64,000 nt of DNA, from NCBI RefSeq assembly GCF_009914755.1, contig NC_060925.1, one strand, 5' to 3'. This DNA is from the human T2T-CHM13v2.0 reference genome, Homo sapiens. Under the pieces are notes generated by a model. It saw only the letters and a list, made by a program, of their open reading frames with translations. It was not told the DNA's origin and searched no databases. Shown piece by piece: positions 41,646 to 56,781 of this stretch; positions within the stretch are counted from its first letter, which is position 1, and every line of letters begins with the position of its first letter. A program made the position numbers and the translations under genes.

Positions 41646-43034
41646 AGGCAGCTTTTTAAAGGGTCGCACAGCACTGCATATGCTACTTAAAATGAGATTA
41701 TTATTCTTCATTCTTAGAATGCCAGTTGGTTTTGTTGGTTGATAAATTCCCAATTACTCGTATTCATGAGTGCAACATTGATGATGAATGTGACATCCCT
41801 TCATAACTTAAGAATCATTAGTATGACTGCCCCATGGAGGCATACTGTTCTATCTCAGGTTTATTTCAATAATAAAACCTTTGGAAATTTTAATAATGAA
41901 ACCTACTTAAGACCCTTTGCTTAAGAAGTCTGAATCACTGATCACTGCAATTACTGCCATGGCAGCTGTAGAGCAATTTAACAGGATAATAGTGAATAAG
42001 ATAAATTACACTTCAGATTCTTAATGGATTGATGTGCAGAAGTATGCAAGGGAAGATGGGGGTGGGAGAGGAGCGCCTTTAAAATTTCAGCACACAGTAA
42101 TAAAATAGGGAACTGGGCCATTGTAGCCGTTACTACTAGGAGTTAGTAATCTCGTACAAACCTCTGGGGCTCTGTGGTGGGTAGAATGTCCTGTTTATTA
42201 TAGACAACAAATTGGGTTAATTCTCTTGTTTGTGTGCCTCTGTGGAGTGGGTGGAAATTCTAGGTGACTTGCTAATTGTCTTATTTGGAATACTCCCGTT
42301 TCTACTAAAGAATTAGTATCTTTGGTATAAAAATAAGGAGGCAGACCAGTTTTACAAATAGCTGCTGGCCAGGAGAATAACAGTTTCTGCCAGGTGAGCA
42401 GTTAAAAAAAAGGCAGACTGGAAAAATAACTGTGGAATGGTGTTTCTTATTTACAAGGCTAACATAAAGTCTCCCTGTGTGTTGGGGATGGGGGAGGGGA
42501 CGGATTGGCTAAGAAGTAAGTACGGTGCTTGCTTTGTATGTCCCTCGATTTGTGTTTAGGGGAGAATAGTGAGGATGTGGTCATACGGGTAGGCGTGGGG
42601 CCCGAGGAAGGGGTCCAAGGAAGCAAATCCAGGAGACTTGGCTGCAGTTCTACCCTTATGGACATTCCTTGGCACTTGGTCACATTGTGGACACCTCAAT
42701 ATCTGCTGGGTATTGATCTTGTATACCTTCATTCTCAGTACAAAACCCTTAGCACCCATTATCTCATTCTTCCCCACCAAAGCCCTTGGAGATGAAGAGC
42801 AGGAGAATGAAGTCTTTTCTCTCTTAATGTTTAATCAGCATTAACACACCTTTAAGTGCCATTGGATTTAGAGCAGTGTTGTTATTAAAGCAAACTAAAT
42901 TGTCTTGAAGTGTAGAAAGCACTTTTAGAAAAAGAAGCAAGGTTAGGCTGAGAGAACAAGACAGATGAAGTTACTCCTCTGAGCTGGAAAAGATCTTGTG
43001 TCAAAGGAGGAAGCCTCAGAGATAATCTGGGCCA

Positions 43035-43220
43035 GAAGATTCTGTGTTCAAATCCTGGTTCTGCCTCTTGGTCAAGTTATATAACCTCCGATTTATAATT
43101 ATTTAAATCTGTAAAGTAAAGAGAGTGATATTTACCATGCAGTGTTTTTGTTTTTTTTTTTTTTTGAAATGATTAAATGAGATAATAGAAATAAAGTTGG
43201 CCCTCAATAGGTGGTAGCTG
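43035..43220 (+). mobile_element. MIR
   Basis: gttcaaatcctggttctgcc...atctgtaaagt...gattaaatgagataat. Confidence 0.7.
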
Positions 43221-43386
43221 ATACTATTAATATTATTAACAGAGGGTCTTCTAAAGAATCTCATGATAGTTTTGGAGCAAAGGAAGGCACTCTCTTTTAC
43301 ATGAGGAGATTGGTACTTCTGGCAGTAAATCAAGAGGGCTGCCTTTAGGGTTGGGAAGCATATTGACAGTATTGGAGGAAGGTGTT

Positions 43387-43402
43387 AGTTGCCATGGCAA
43401 CT
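43387..43402. promoter_or_regulatory. Perfect palindromic RFX X-box motif (AGTTGCCATGGCAACT)
   Basis: Core GTTGCCATGGCAAC at 43388-43401 equals the symmetric RFX consensus; motif match only, function untested. Confidence 0.6.
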
Positions 43403-44149
43403 TGGGAATTCATTTGGAGAGAGAGTTGTGACTGGAGGTTATCTCACTGTAAGAGACTGACTGGTGGAGATTAAAAAAAAAAAAAGCTTGTCTGGCAGGA
43501 ATGAAATCTTGCTTGCTGTATATCTGCAGGAAATACCAAGAGATGTGCTCTAGAGAAAGTTCCAAACATGAGTCAGAATGATGTGCAGGCCTTCTTTGGT
43601 AATGGGTGGTTGTGTCTTAGTGGGCCTAAATGCTGCCACCAGTTGATTGCTTTTGTTCGCATGTATTACTTTGGTAAAAAAATAAATGTATGAATGGGAT
43701 TTCAGTGAACAGGGTTTTATCGTGGGTTTTTTTTTTTTTTTTGTCTTCTGAAAACATGACGTCAAATTGTTGGATATTTTCCTACAGTTGGTTTAGTCCC
43801 CAAGAAGGTTTTAGTAAAAGAGCATGAATACAGAGCGTACCTGAATCATTTACCTTGTTCCTAAGGTAAATGACATAAGGAATACAAGTATTTCCTTTTG
43901 ATTGGGCAATTAAGACTTTTTTTTTTTCCTATAAAGGTTCTCCTGATAGTGCCACTTGATTACTGATTTTGAAAAGCCTCTTGGTATGATGTACTTAATG
44001 TCCATTGTTAGTTTGTCTGCTTGTTTAGTACATCTGCTGTTATCTGTTACCTTCTGATTGCAGCCTTGCCTGGAAACAGGGCTGGACCAAATGAACCCCT
44101 TAAAACAGCAAGATTCTGGAGTCGCTGTTTAATTTTTTACAGGCTTCCA

Positions 44150-44490
44150 GTGCTTACTCACATCTATTTCCTTCCTTCCCTTTCAAGTTAGGGGTACCAT
44201 TTGACTTGCATTGGCCAGCAAAATGTGGCCATACATGGCAATTCTGGGCAGAAGCAGTTGCCAGTATGGGACAGTTCAGTGCTCTCTTTTCTTGCCTTGG
44301 TGATGGTGAAAGTTTGTGAGCAGGTGGAACCTCTGTCAATCTGAGCTCTTGAACTACAATGATGGAAAGATTGCCCCTCCCTGACCCTTGTTGGACACAC
44401 AGCATAAAAAATAAATGAGCTTTTGTGAGGTTAAGCCACTGAAATTTTGGGGGTTAGTTGTTCATGCAGCAGAACCCAGCCCATTCTTAC
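44150..44490 (+). mobile_element. Old MLT1-family MaLR LTR
   Basis: 3' end gttaagccactgaaattttgggggttagttgttcatgcagca; 5' part tgacttgcattggccagcaaaatgtg. Confidence 0.7.
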
Positions 44491-44499
44491 TGCCTTAAT

Positions 44500-44700
44500 A
44501 GTCATTTAATACATATGTATTGAGTATTTAACTTTGTGCTGGGCACTGTTAGGTTGGGGATATAACAGTGAACAACACAGAAGTCTCTTCTCTAATGGAG
44601 ATTACATCTATGAGGGAGACATAATAAATAAACTAAGATAATTAAATATTGAGATAAGTGCTATAAAAGAAAATAAACAAGATCATGTGATAGAAAAATC
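44500..44700 (-). mobile_element. L2 3' end
   Basis: tattgagtatttaactttgtgctgggcactgttaggttggggatataacagtgaacaa. Confidence 0.8.
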
Positions 44701-47088
44701 TCCAAAGAACAAAGAGGCTATGAGAAGGAAATGGGAATCCCCCAGGACTCATATTAATGACTTTTAATATTTCCCTATATGTCTTAAGACTCTGGATACT
44801 TCTAGAGTAGTTTCTTATGCCTTGGAAAGGGGATAACACTGAAGGCAAGAAAGCAATGTGTTGTATTACTTGGTAGCATGTGACAAAATTAAATAACTAG
44901 TGTACTCCAAAATAAATGACAACCGAGAATGATATTAGTTTGCTCTGCATCTTTAGAAACTCATTAGTGTCCTGCTGGGTTTAGTGGAAGATGAAATCTG
45001 AGCTTTGTTTATGTGCTGTGTTAAGCCCCTCCCCGAGGGCATCCATCTTCAGCATTCAGACTTTCCAGAGATCTAGTTGCTTAGTAGGTACTGATCCAGT
45101 TTAATTGTATTAACCAGACTCTCACACTGGGGAGAAGTGGAATGCAAATTGATGCATAATGTTTATATCTTGCATAATATAATTTTGGAAGGAAATAGAA
45201 TGATGACATATTTCCTTAAATCTTAAATGCTCTCCAGTGAAAACTTTGAGAATGGTTATAACTTTTCTGGAAGAAACATAGGGATAGAGCTCAGGTCTGA
45301 TCATTGAGGAACATTAGGTTCAGTGCCAGTTGGCAATGATGATTTACTTTGTGTGACCGTAAGAAATCTCTTGGTACGAGGGTGGGCAGCACCTATTCTG
45401 CCTTGATGGGAAGAAATGAGAAAAGTGTTACTTGGGAGTTGTAATGGGGAAAGGAGAGCTTTATCTGCTTTTCTTTTCTTCCTTTTCTTTGGGGCAAACC
45501 AAAGCAATGAGAATAGGAGAAGGTCAGGAGAGGAGGCATGTCTAAATGACAGTTATAAGGAAGAATCAATTCATTCAAAAACTTTGGGCACTGGAAGAGT
45601 ATGGGCTGTTTAATTCTATGTCCAAACTGGGAAACATGCTTTTGCTACTGCAATGAAGGGAATTCAGAGTGATGTGCATGGTGACATTTGCCCCTCATCC
45701 ATCAAGCCAGTCTTATGATCATCCCTGGAGGAAGATTGAGAATCTCTAAACTGGGGCTCAGATTTTTCTTTCTGTCTCGAATATTTTAGTCATCTCATGT
45801 TGGCACATACTCTAAAAATCTGATCTGGGTGAAACTCCAGGGAAGTAGGAAAAATTGATCAAAGTAAGAACAGCATTGAAGACACACACATCCTTGCAAA
45901 TATATGGGTTTATTGATACAGTGTAAATTTCCATGCCAGGACACATGCCAACAGTTTAATGATGTGTATATAGCAAAGTCCCTTGTTAACCCCATTCAGA
46001 AACTCTAAAATGAGTTGCAAGGCTGAAAGTATTGAAGCCAAAGGCCAAAAACAATGATCATGTTACCTAGGATCTCATGAATAATTCAGCTGAGTTTAAT
46101 GCTTTTTCCATGGTGAAACTAAAAAGCTGAAATATTTGGCATAATGTAGACAAATTGTACCCCGCTTCCTTTTGGGAGGATGGTTGGTCATGAGGAATGT
46201 AAGGAAGGGTGGAGAAAAATAAGGAATCTTTTCATATTTGTTTTAACCAAATATATGGAATGTCTCAACATTCCACCTCTAAAGAAGTAAAAATATAAAA
46301 ATTCAAGTTGGGGATTTAAAGATGTTCTCTTTGAATGTTCATTAATAGCTGAAGATTTGGGCTTGAGAGGCACTTAGAAAATTGCTCCTAAAGTCCTAGA
46401 AAGACGGTCACAGAAATACCAAGAGAGAAGGAATGCTTGATATTCTTGGTGTTAGGAATCACCAAGAATAGTGTATTGGTCTGTTTCAGAAAAATAATAG
46501 TAATTAGAGATGAACAAAAGAGCATGTGGATATTTTTGAAAGTTGTGTGCAAATTGAATTACTGTAAATCTAATCATAATTTCAAGGCATTAGAAAAGCA
46601 TTATAACAAAACCTGCCAGAAGATTAGAATTATTTTTCATAAAGTGAACGTGTTTTTTTCTCTCCAGCTTAATTTTTAAACCTAGGTTTTGGTATATTGA
46701 TTTAACTTAAATTGAGACCTCTGCCATTCAGGGGATAAAGCTCTGGACATTCTACATCCTTAGACTTCAGTTCTTGCCTCTTAAATAGGTAAACTCTCCT
46801 ATTTCTTTCTACTTTTCTCCTAAAAATAATGAGAAGATAAGCAAGTTAATAGAATCTAAGAATGTTTGAGCTGGAAGGTGCTTAGAGATCATCTAGTGCA
46901 GGTCACTCATTTGACTGAAACTAAGACCTAAAGAGGTTATGTGACTCTTCAGAGTCTCCAGTTATAAAAGAGAAGGCAAATTATTATGAATAGGGCAAAC
47001 ATAACTCAAAGAAGGCATTCTTTTTATTAAAAAATATGGGAAAGGAAACAGACCTGGCTGGCATGGCCCATTGTTTTCATTCTCTATG

Positions 47089-47570
<482 letters not shown>

Positions 47571-47679
47571 GTCTTCTTCTGGATATCATGGACAATATAA
47601 TTCCATAGGGAATAATCCAAAATTGGGACAAAATTTTGGTAATCTGTTTGAAGTCAGTGGAGAGCTAACAAAGCAGTAG

Positions 47680-48113
<434 letters not shown>

Positions 48114-48911
48114 ACTTTCAAACATTCATGGTGCTAGAGGCTCAAAATTTAGGACCTGCCAAGGAGAGTGGGCCGTGGCAAATATCTTTGGCTTTGGGTT
48201 GCTATTCTGAGGTGCTGAACTTTAGGATCGAGTATGAACGGAAAATTGACTAGCCCTCATAGAGACTGAGGCCCAGCTTCATACCCTCTCATTCCCTGAC
48301 TGGGTTAAGGATCTTGATTGGATGGCCAGTTTTCTTAGCTCCATCTCAGAAGCAAAGGACGATCCTCTTGGAGAAGTCTTAAATTATTTCTCTAATTTCT
48401 ATATTTTTTCATATAAAATGTCCAGTATGCAGTTAAAAACAGCCAGGCATATGAGGTAACATAACAAAATAATTTGAAACTAAGAGACGTAATAAATAAT
48501 AGAAACAGATCCACAGAGTATCCAGATAATGGAGTCATCAGGTATGGATTTAAAAATAACTTTTCAAAATATGTTTAAGGGTAAGATAAAAACAAGATAT
48601 ATTATTTTGGCAGAGAACTGGAAATTCAAAACTGGATAAAGTGACAAATATAAAACTAAAAATATAATAAATGAAAGTAAGAATTTAGTGGATGGGTTTT
48701 ATGCAGAGTGAATAGAAAAGAGTGATGGATGAATTCTCAATAGAAAAAAAGGAATCCAGAAAAAAATGGATTTATATCTTCAAAATAAGGAAAATAACAT
48801 ACAAATAAAATTCTCTACAGTGTGAAAATATCCTTTAAAATGAAGGTGACAAGTTCTTCCATGCAAATATGATTTGGGAAAATTTTAACAAAAGGGCTTA
48901 TGATGAACATG

Positions 48912-48914
<3 letters not shown>

Positions 48915-48952
<38 letters not shown>
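48915..48952. repeat. (TA)19 microsatellite abutting an L1 tail
   Basis: Directly visible. Confidence 0.97.
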
Positions 48953-48961
<9 letters not shown>

Positions 48962-49308
48962 TTTTTAAATTATACTTTAAGTTCTAGAGTACATATGCAC
49001 AATGTGCAGGTTTGTTACATATGTATACATGTGCCATGTTGGTGTGCTGCACCCATTAACTCTTCATTTACAATAAGTATATCTCCTAATACTATCCCTC
49101 CCACCTCCCCCCACCCCATGACAGGCCCCTGTGTGTGATGTTCCCCATCCTGTGTCCAAGTGTTCTCATTGTTCAGTTCCCACCTATGAATGAGAACATG
49201 CCGTGTTTGGTTTTTTTTTTCCTTGCGATAGTTTGCTCAGAATGATGGTTTCATCCATGTCCCTACAAAGGACATGAACTCATCCTTTTTTATGGCTGTA
49301 TAGTATTC
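48953..49308 (-). mobile_element. 5'-truncated L1PA (L1PA5-like) 3' end with TSD
   Basis: attatactttaagttctag...ccatgacaggccc...gtttgctcagaatg...catgaactcatcc; TSD aacatgga(c/a)tatat at 48906 and 49310. Confidence 0.93.
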
Positions 49309-50569
49309 AAACATGGAATATATTTTAAGATAGATATAAGACTAAAGCAAAGGTAAGGAAAGGGTGGAAGAATAATGTGTGTAAATGATATATGTTCTGA
49401 AAAATAGAAATAAAGCCAATAAAAATGGGAGCAGAATGGAGGAAGGCAGATAAAAAGGGGAGAATAGAATCAGACTGTCACAAAGTTAATAAATAATTGG
49501 GAGTCAAAGAATTCATTATTGAAAGCTGACAAACCAGATAGTAGGAGAGTAAGAACAAAAGGGGGCTAAGGACATTATAAAAAGTATTAGTATAAAGATA
49601 ACCACTAGAACAAAAATGCGGACTCCCCTAAATAGAAAAACGGGCAAAGAAAACAAACCACAGAGTGAATTTAACATAATAGAAACAGTAAAAATAATAT
49701 AAAATAATATGACAGGCTTAAGACTAAATATATCAGTAATATAAATATATAAATGAGCTGAAAATCACCTAATAAAAGGAAAATATTTTCAGATTGACTT
49801 TCAAGCAAAACCAATTCATTGCTCTGTAGAAGAGACATACCTAAAACAAAAGGATTCAGAAAGGATAAAACTAGTAGGATGACTTAAAGGCATACAGAGA
49901 TGCTCTTAGCAGTGTTAATTATAAGACCCAAATAACTACCAAAATGCTCTTCAGAAGTAGAATGAATAAACAAAGTGTGGTGTATTCATACAGTGGAATA
50001 CTACATATATAATGAGAGTATGAATATGAATTTTACAAAACAACATGGATGAATCTCATAGTAAGGAGTGAAAGAGGCATGAAACAAGAGTGCATCCTAT
50101 ATGATTCCATTTATATGAAATTTTAAAAGAGGCAGGACCAATCTATGGTGATAGTAATCCATATCATGGTCACCCTTATGGAAGGGTAATGACTGGAAGG
50201 GAAGCCAAAGGGGCTTTCAGAGCACTAGCGATGCTCTATTTTTTATCTGGGTGCTGGTTGCATGATTTTGTTAACTTTGTGAAAATTCTTTAAGCTGGAT
50301 ACTTAAGAGTTGTGTTCCTTTCTGTATCTATGTTACATTTTAATAAAAGGTTTACATTTAAAAATATAAACTATTTACAAGCAGAAGATGAGGCTTGGGG
50401 TAAAGTCCCATGGAATAGCTGGACTTAGAGTCATCAGAGAGAATGATTTTTAATTCCAATTTCTATGAACACTGCCTCTAGGCTCTAAAGGCCATTTTCT
50501 TTTCTTTATGACACTTCAAGGTTGCTCCCTAGATTTGTTTTTGCCATCTCCAAATTAAAAATAGAGTCT

Positions 50570-51800
50570 AGAAAAACAGGGTAGAGAATGCAGAAGTACA
50601 GCCGAATACACAAAGGCATTTGGCATAGAGTAAACCATGGTATTTCAAATTGGTGGGATGGGAGAGAGGAATGGATTTTTCAATAACTGGTTTTGAGACA
50701 ACTGGGTAGCCATTTGGGAAAAAATTAAATTGGATCCCTGTCTTCCTCCTTATATGGAAGTAAATTTTATATTGATTAAAATATACATGTACAAAATGAA
50801 ACCATAAAAATATTAAAAGAAAATATAGAGGTATATATTTTTAAACCATGGAATATAATGTAAGCCTGACTGAAAATTCAGGAGCTATGTAAGAAAAGAT
50901 TGACAAATTTTAAAAGTTCTACATGGTTAAAAATAATATCATAAAACCAAAAGATGGACTGGGAAAAATATTTGCAACACATGAGAAGGGGCTAATTTCC
51001 TTTATAAAGTGTTCACACAGTCAACAAAAAGTCAAAAAAGATCAGTAATCCAAAGAAAAAATGAGTAAAGAACATGAACTGTTGTTTCAAACAGACTAAC
51101 TAAATAACTTACTAACACCCGCAAAGACTTATTGCAACATGGAAACCTATGAACATAGGAAATGAATGATGCCAGGTCTTATTCATAATAGAGGAATACA
51201 AATTAAATTGCAAGTACAGTATGTAGTCATTTTTCACATATTAGATAAAAAACATTTGCTCATACATTGCATTCTGAGTACAGAGTAGCAAGAAGTCTCC
51301 TATATTGTTGAATGGGCAGTATTAGAAATAATTTAAAATGTATATACCCTTTGACTTACTGGTTTCCTTCTACCACTTTATTCTGTAGATACACCCACAT
51401 CTACATTCATTACAGCATTGTTTATGGCAGCAAAAAATTGGAAACAATGGCAGGTACCACCAAAAAAAGAGACTGGTTGAATAAACAAAAGCATAGCTAT
51501 GCAGTGGAATGCTATGCAGCTGGTAGAAAGAAGGGGCAGATTGATATGTACTAATATGAAAAATCTCCAAGACACACTGTTAAATGAAAAAAATGTGGCA
51601 CACGTGCCACGTTTTAAAAAGGGAAGGGGCATATACACAGATGCTTGTTTACACAGTTAGTATTTCTTGAAGGATATATAAGAAAATGGTTTCCTCAGAG
51701 GTATAGACCTTTGGGGAAGGGTAGGGATGAGAGGGAAACTTACTTGTCATTGTTTACTGTTTTGTATTGAGAATGTTTCCCCCAGGTGAATGACTGTTAT
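50570..51800 (+). mobile_element. Old L1ME ORF2 C-terminal and 3' UTR fragment
   Basis: ttttcaataactggttttgagacaactgggtagccatttgggaaaaaattaaattggatccc; ggaaaaatatttgcaacacat; gcagtggaatgctatgcagct. Confidence 0.8.
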
Positions 51801-51849
51801 ACCTATTTAGGAAAACAGACGAAACCAATAAAACCAAACTATTTCTATA

Positions 51850-52040
51850 CAGTGATTATTAGCAGAGATGCCATTGGCATTTTAGATGCATTTTGGGACT
51901 GTTCCACACATTTAGGACATTACATTCCTTTCCCTTTGCACTAAATGCCAGTAGCACTTCCCTAGACACTGACAAACAAAAAGTGCCCCTGTAGATTTCT
52001 GAAAAGGCCAGGGTGTGGATTGGGGTGGTGGTGTTGTTTG
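51850..52040 (-). mobile_element. MER20-family hAT MITE
   Basis: cactaaatgccagtagcac...tgacaaacaaaaagtg matches the reverse complement of MER20. Confidence 0.65.
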
Positions 52041-52357
52041 AGTCTAAAAGAATGTAACTTCTCTTCAGGGTTTCCCAGTTTCCAGGTTATGTTGGCCTGG
52101 CAGGGAGGGTCTTGACCGACACGGATGGTTATGGACCTTTACTTAGTGAAAAACTCAAATGAACTTCCTTTCTAGAACTCATGGTTTTCATTCAGTGACA
52201 CTGGACTTTGCCCTGGAGCAGTGACTGGTCAGGGAGCTGTATCTAAGTGGGAGTTGCACCTGTGTGGGCAAAAGTGTGGCACTCAGATTTTCGTAACAAT
52301 GGGCAAGATTTCAGGAAGCAGGATTTTGGTTCCCTTACTTTAAAATGCATGGAGAAT

Positions 52358-52664
52358 GGCTGGGTTTGGTGGCCCATGCCTGTAATCCCAGCACTTTGGG
52401 AGGCCGAGGTGGGCAGATCACCTGAGGCCAGGAGTTCAAGACCAGCCTGGCCAACATGGCAAAACTCCATCTCTACTAAAAATACAAAGCCTAGCATGGT
52501 GGAACATGCCTGTAGTCCCAGCTACTTGGGAGGGTGCGGCACGAGAATCACTTGAGCCCAGGAGGCAGGGGTTGCAGCAAGCCGAGATCACACCACTGCA
52601 CTCCAGCCTGGGCAACAGACCGAGACTCCATCTCAAAAAAAAAAAAAAAAAAAAATTAAAAAAA
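52358..52664 (+). mobile_element. Full-length AluS
   Basis: Complete dimer with A-tail. Confidence 0.95.
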
Positions 52665-53271
52665 GCATAGAGGACTGGTTGTATCCTAATAGCACTGGTC
52701 CATTTTTCTGTGGTGTGCATTTTAGCTTTTTTCCTAACAAAAAAATCTTACCACATGATTCTCTGCCAACAGATTTTCCTGAGCTGGAAGGAACAGATGT
52801 TTCTGTTGGAAATGGGCATCTGTTTCTCCCCTCACTGTGGCGTGTGCTTCCTATGAGCCCAGGCCCAGGTAACAGTGAATTATCATTAGAAGGCTCTCTC
52901 GTAAGACTCATGGGGAAGAACCTATAAGACCCTAGTCTTCCAGGAGGCCAGAAGGAGAGTAGAATGGAGGGTGAGCTTCAGAGCACTGAGGACTGCAAGG
53001 GGGAACAGAGCTGCTGTCCTGTCTGCTTGGCAGTGACCAGCAGCTGCTTCTGGCCCTCCTGAAACAGGAGGCGAGTTACTGAGACAGTAGAGAAACCCTG
53101 AGTCTTTAGAACTGTATTATCTACCTGGGCCTTATAACCTGGACATGCCCAGGGGTAAAATATATCCAAGTAGAAATCTTCCTTCTCAGAACATACCCAG
53201 AAATAATGATTCTCTATTTTGAGTACTTTCTTGTGCAGTATACTAACCAGGTGCCTACTGCTATAAATTAA

Positions 53272-53579
<308 letters not shown>

Positions 53580-54962
53580 AATTTTTTTCTTTAGTCTAAG
53601 TGTGCACATTAATGCATAGGAAATCCCCATCTTTCCCCAACCCCCTAGTTTTTCTTTTCCTCTTTTTAAAAACTGGATTTTCATTCATTCTTTCTCTTTC
53701 CTCCTCCCATCCCCTGCCCTCCCCAAGGCGTGTTATAGGTACCCCCAGACCATTGCGTTAAAGCGTTCAGGATAGTGCTCTGCTGATTTTAAAAAAACAT
53801 TTAAAATAACATTTCCTGCTTTTTCTAATTAGAAAAGCAACATGTTTATCATAGACAGTTTGGAAAATACAGAAAAGCAAAGTGAAGAAAATAATTATCA
53901 AGGAAAACGATATGCCTTTCTTTTAAGCCATCATTTTCTCTCCATCTTTGCAGCCACAAACTCCTTTGTTCCACTTTTTACGTCTTAGAGTAGCTGGGGG
54001 TTGGCACACAGATGGTTGGAAGTCCTTGGATCTCACTGTGTTATAAGAGTACAGAAATACAGCAGGCAGCTCTTTGGCTTTGTTTTGAAGCCCTGAAGAA
54101 TGGGAGAATGCTCTGCATCACTGGAGAACATTTGACTGCATTCATCTCCCAACAAGAGTGGTTGCTGGGAGGAATGAGCAGAAGGAGTGGTGTGTACCAG
54201 ACTGTACAGGAGTCTTTCCTCCCTAGGCCTGGTCAGCTTTTGCCCTTGAACAGGGGAAGAGGATATCTGGGGATTTATATTTTCTATCAGAATTTGAGCC
54301 TTGTCACCTTGGCTGTCCCTCTGTGTCCTTGGGTTTTTAAAATGGAACCTCTTTGTTGTAAAATATTAGTTGTACAGTTGAATTTTTCAGAGTAGAATTG
54401 GGATCCAGAGTGAGAAACTTTCTCCCTGAAGGGGCTCCCTGGACTTTTGCTCTTGGTGAGTTGCTGGCAGATACTGACACTAGAAATAAGTGTCAGAGAG
54501 GTCTGATATCACTTCAGTTTCAGACTGACCCCAGAGCAACCCTTGAGGACAGCAGTGTGTAAGCTCAAAAAAGATTGTTCTAATTTTGATGACCCTCAGA
54601 GTTAAGGCTTCTAGGGGAACTCTTCATTTTCGTAAAAATCCGTCTGTGGGTGGTCACTGTGTTGAGAGATGAGAATTTATGGGTTGAAGTTGTTTTTATG
54701 ATTTCAGAATAAGTGCTTCTACAATGGGATATTGGTCTTGGGAGTGTAGACGTTGTGGGACCAGGAGCTTTGCAGACTTCCCTTGTTCCCAATTTCTTGG
54801 ATTTTTTTTTTCTATCCCTTCATTCCGTTGATTCTGATGTCCTAGTATTTTTTCCTAGATCCCAGATCAAGAGATACTTTTATTCCTAATTCTCCCTCTG
54901 AAAATTCTATGTCTTTCAGAACAAGATAGGGGAAAAGAGAAATGAGCTTATTAAAAACTATG

Positions 54963-55520
<558 letters not shown>

Positions 55521-56464
55521 ACTAGGGTGGTTAAAAAAAAATCTTGGTGAACAACCTCTCTTGTGGATTGTAATTTCTCAAAGAAAAATATGATGTAAAG
55601 ATTCTTTCTTTTACTCTCCCTTCTGGGTGTCTCATCAAAAAGCGTATATTCCTGAGCTTTGCTGGCAATCGTATTATTTTTTCTCTCCACCTCAGTCCCT
55701 GTAACTTTCCTCTTTGTCCATTCTGGAGTTGTGGAGGTGATAAATGGGTCCAAAAATGCTGTTAAGAGTGATCTTTAGGTGGGCACAGGTTCTTTATGAT
55801 ATATCCCTAATCAAGAGCCTTTACAGGTTCTCCCCAAAGTCTCTTTGTGCAGGAATGGGAGCCTGCTGTGTTTTAGACTGGATGGGGCTCTGACCAAGTA
55901 TTTTTTGTCTTTCCCCGCAGGGCATAGTAGTAGGTGCTCAGTGAAGATTTGTTGGATTGAAGTGGTTTGAATTAAATATGATTTGTATGTAATTTTATAT
56001 TCAAATAAAGTCTGTTCCTGGTCTGAGTTACTTTTCAAATTATATATTGTTACTCTGAAGATTGTCATTTCCTGAATTTTATTTTCTTTGTTCCTTTTCA
56101 CCCACTTGCTTCCATTGTTCCAAATTTAGTCGTGTTGGAAATCAGACTAGGTAGGTGTGGAAATAATTGTCGAATCAAATTGTTCAGTCAGGGGAAGGTG
56201 GGGGGTAGATGGCTAAAGACATCAGAATCTTTTGTCTGGGTTTTAGGGTCAGAAAATGGAAACTGGCAGAGCAAAAAGGTCAAAAAGTATCAGGAATACC
56301 CTGCTTTGCTTTAAATCTCTATTTGCCTTAGAGCAGTCATCTGTAGTGTGGTGACCACAGGCTTTCTAATGTCTATGGGTTTAACCCCCTAGAGAGCAAT
56401 TCCTTTGGGGTGAGGAGACTGGAGGGGATATTCTTCCCTTCCAGGGGTCTTCTCATTGCCTTCT

Positions 56465-56781
56465 TTTTAATTTTTTAAATTTAAATTTTTTTTTTTTTTT
56501 GAGACAGAGTCTTACTCTGTCACCAGGCTGGAGTGCAGTGGCGCGATCTCTGCTCACTGCAACCTCCGCCTCTCCCGGGTTCAAGTGATTCTCCTGCCTC
56601 AGCCTCCCAAGTAGCTGAGACTACAGGCACGCATCGCCATGCCCAGCTAATTTTTGTATTTTTAGTAGAGACAGGGCTTCACCACATTTGCCAGGATGGT
56701 CTCGATCTCTTGACCTCGTGATCCACCAGCCTGGGCCTCCCAAAGTGCTGGGATTACAAGTGTGAGCCACCATGCCAGGCC
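56465..56781 (-). mobile_element. AluSc-like with TSD
   Basis: ctgtcaccaggctgg (1-nt deletion) and ccaggatggtctcgatctcttgacctcgtg; TSD cattgccttct at 56454-56464 and 56783-56793. Confidence 0.93.

Noticed and set aside
50748-50757. Perfect CArG box CCTTATATGG
   Set aside because: Lies inside a decayed L1 ORF2 fragment with no supporting context
55900-55960. Strong-looking acceptor ttttttgtctttccccgcAG
   Set aside because: Appears to be part of an L2 3' end, with no convincing paired donor
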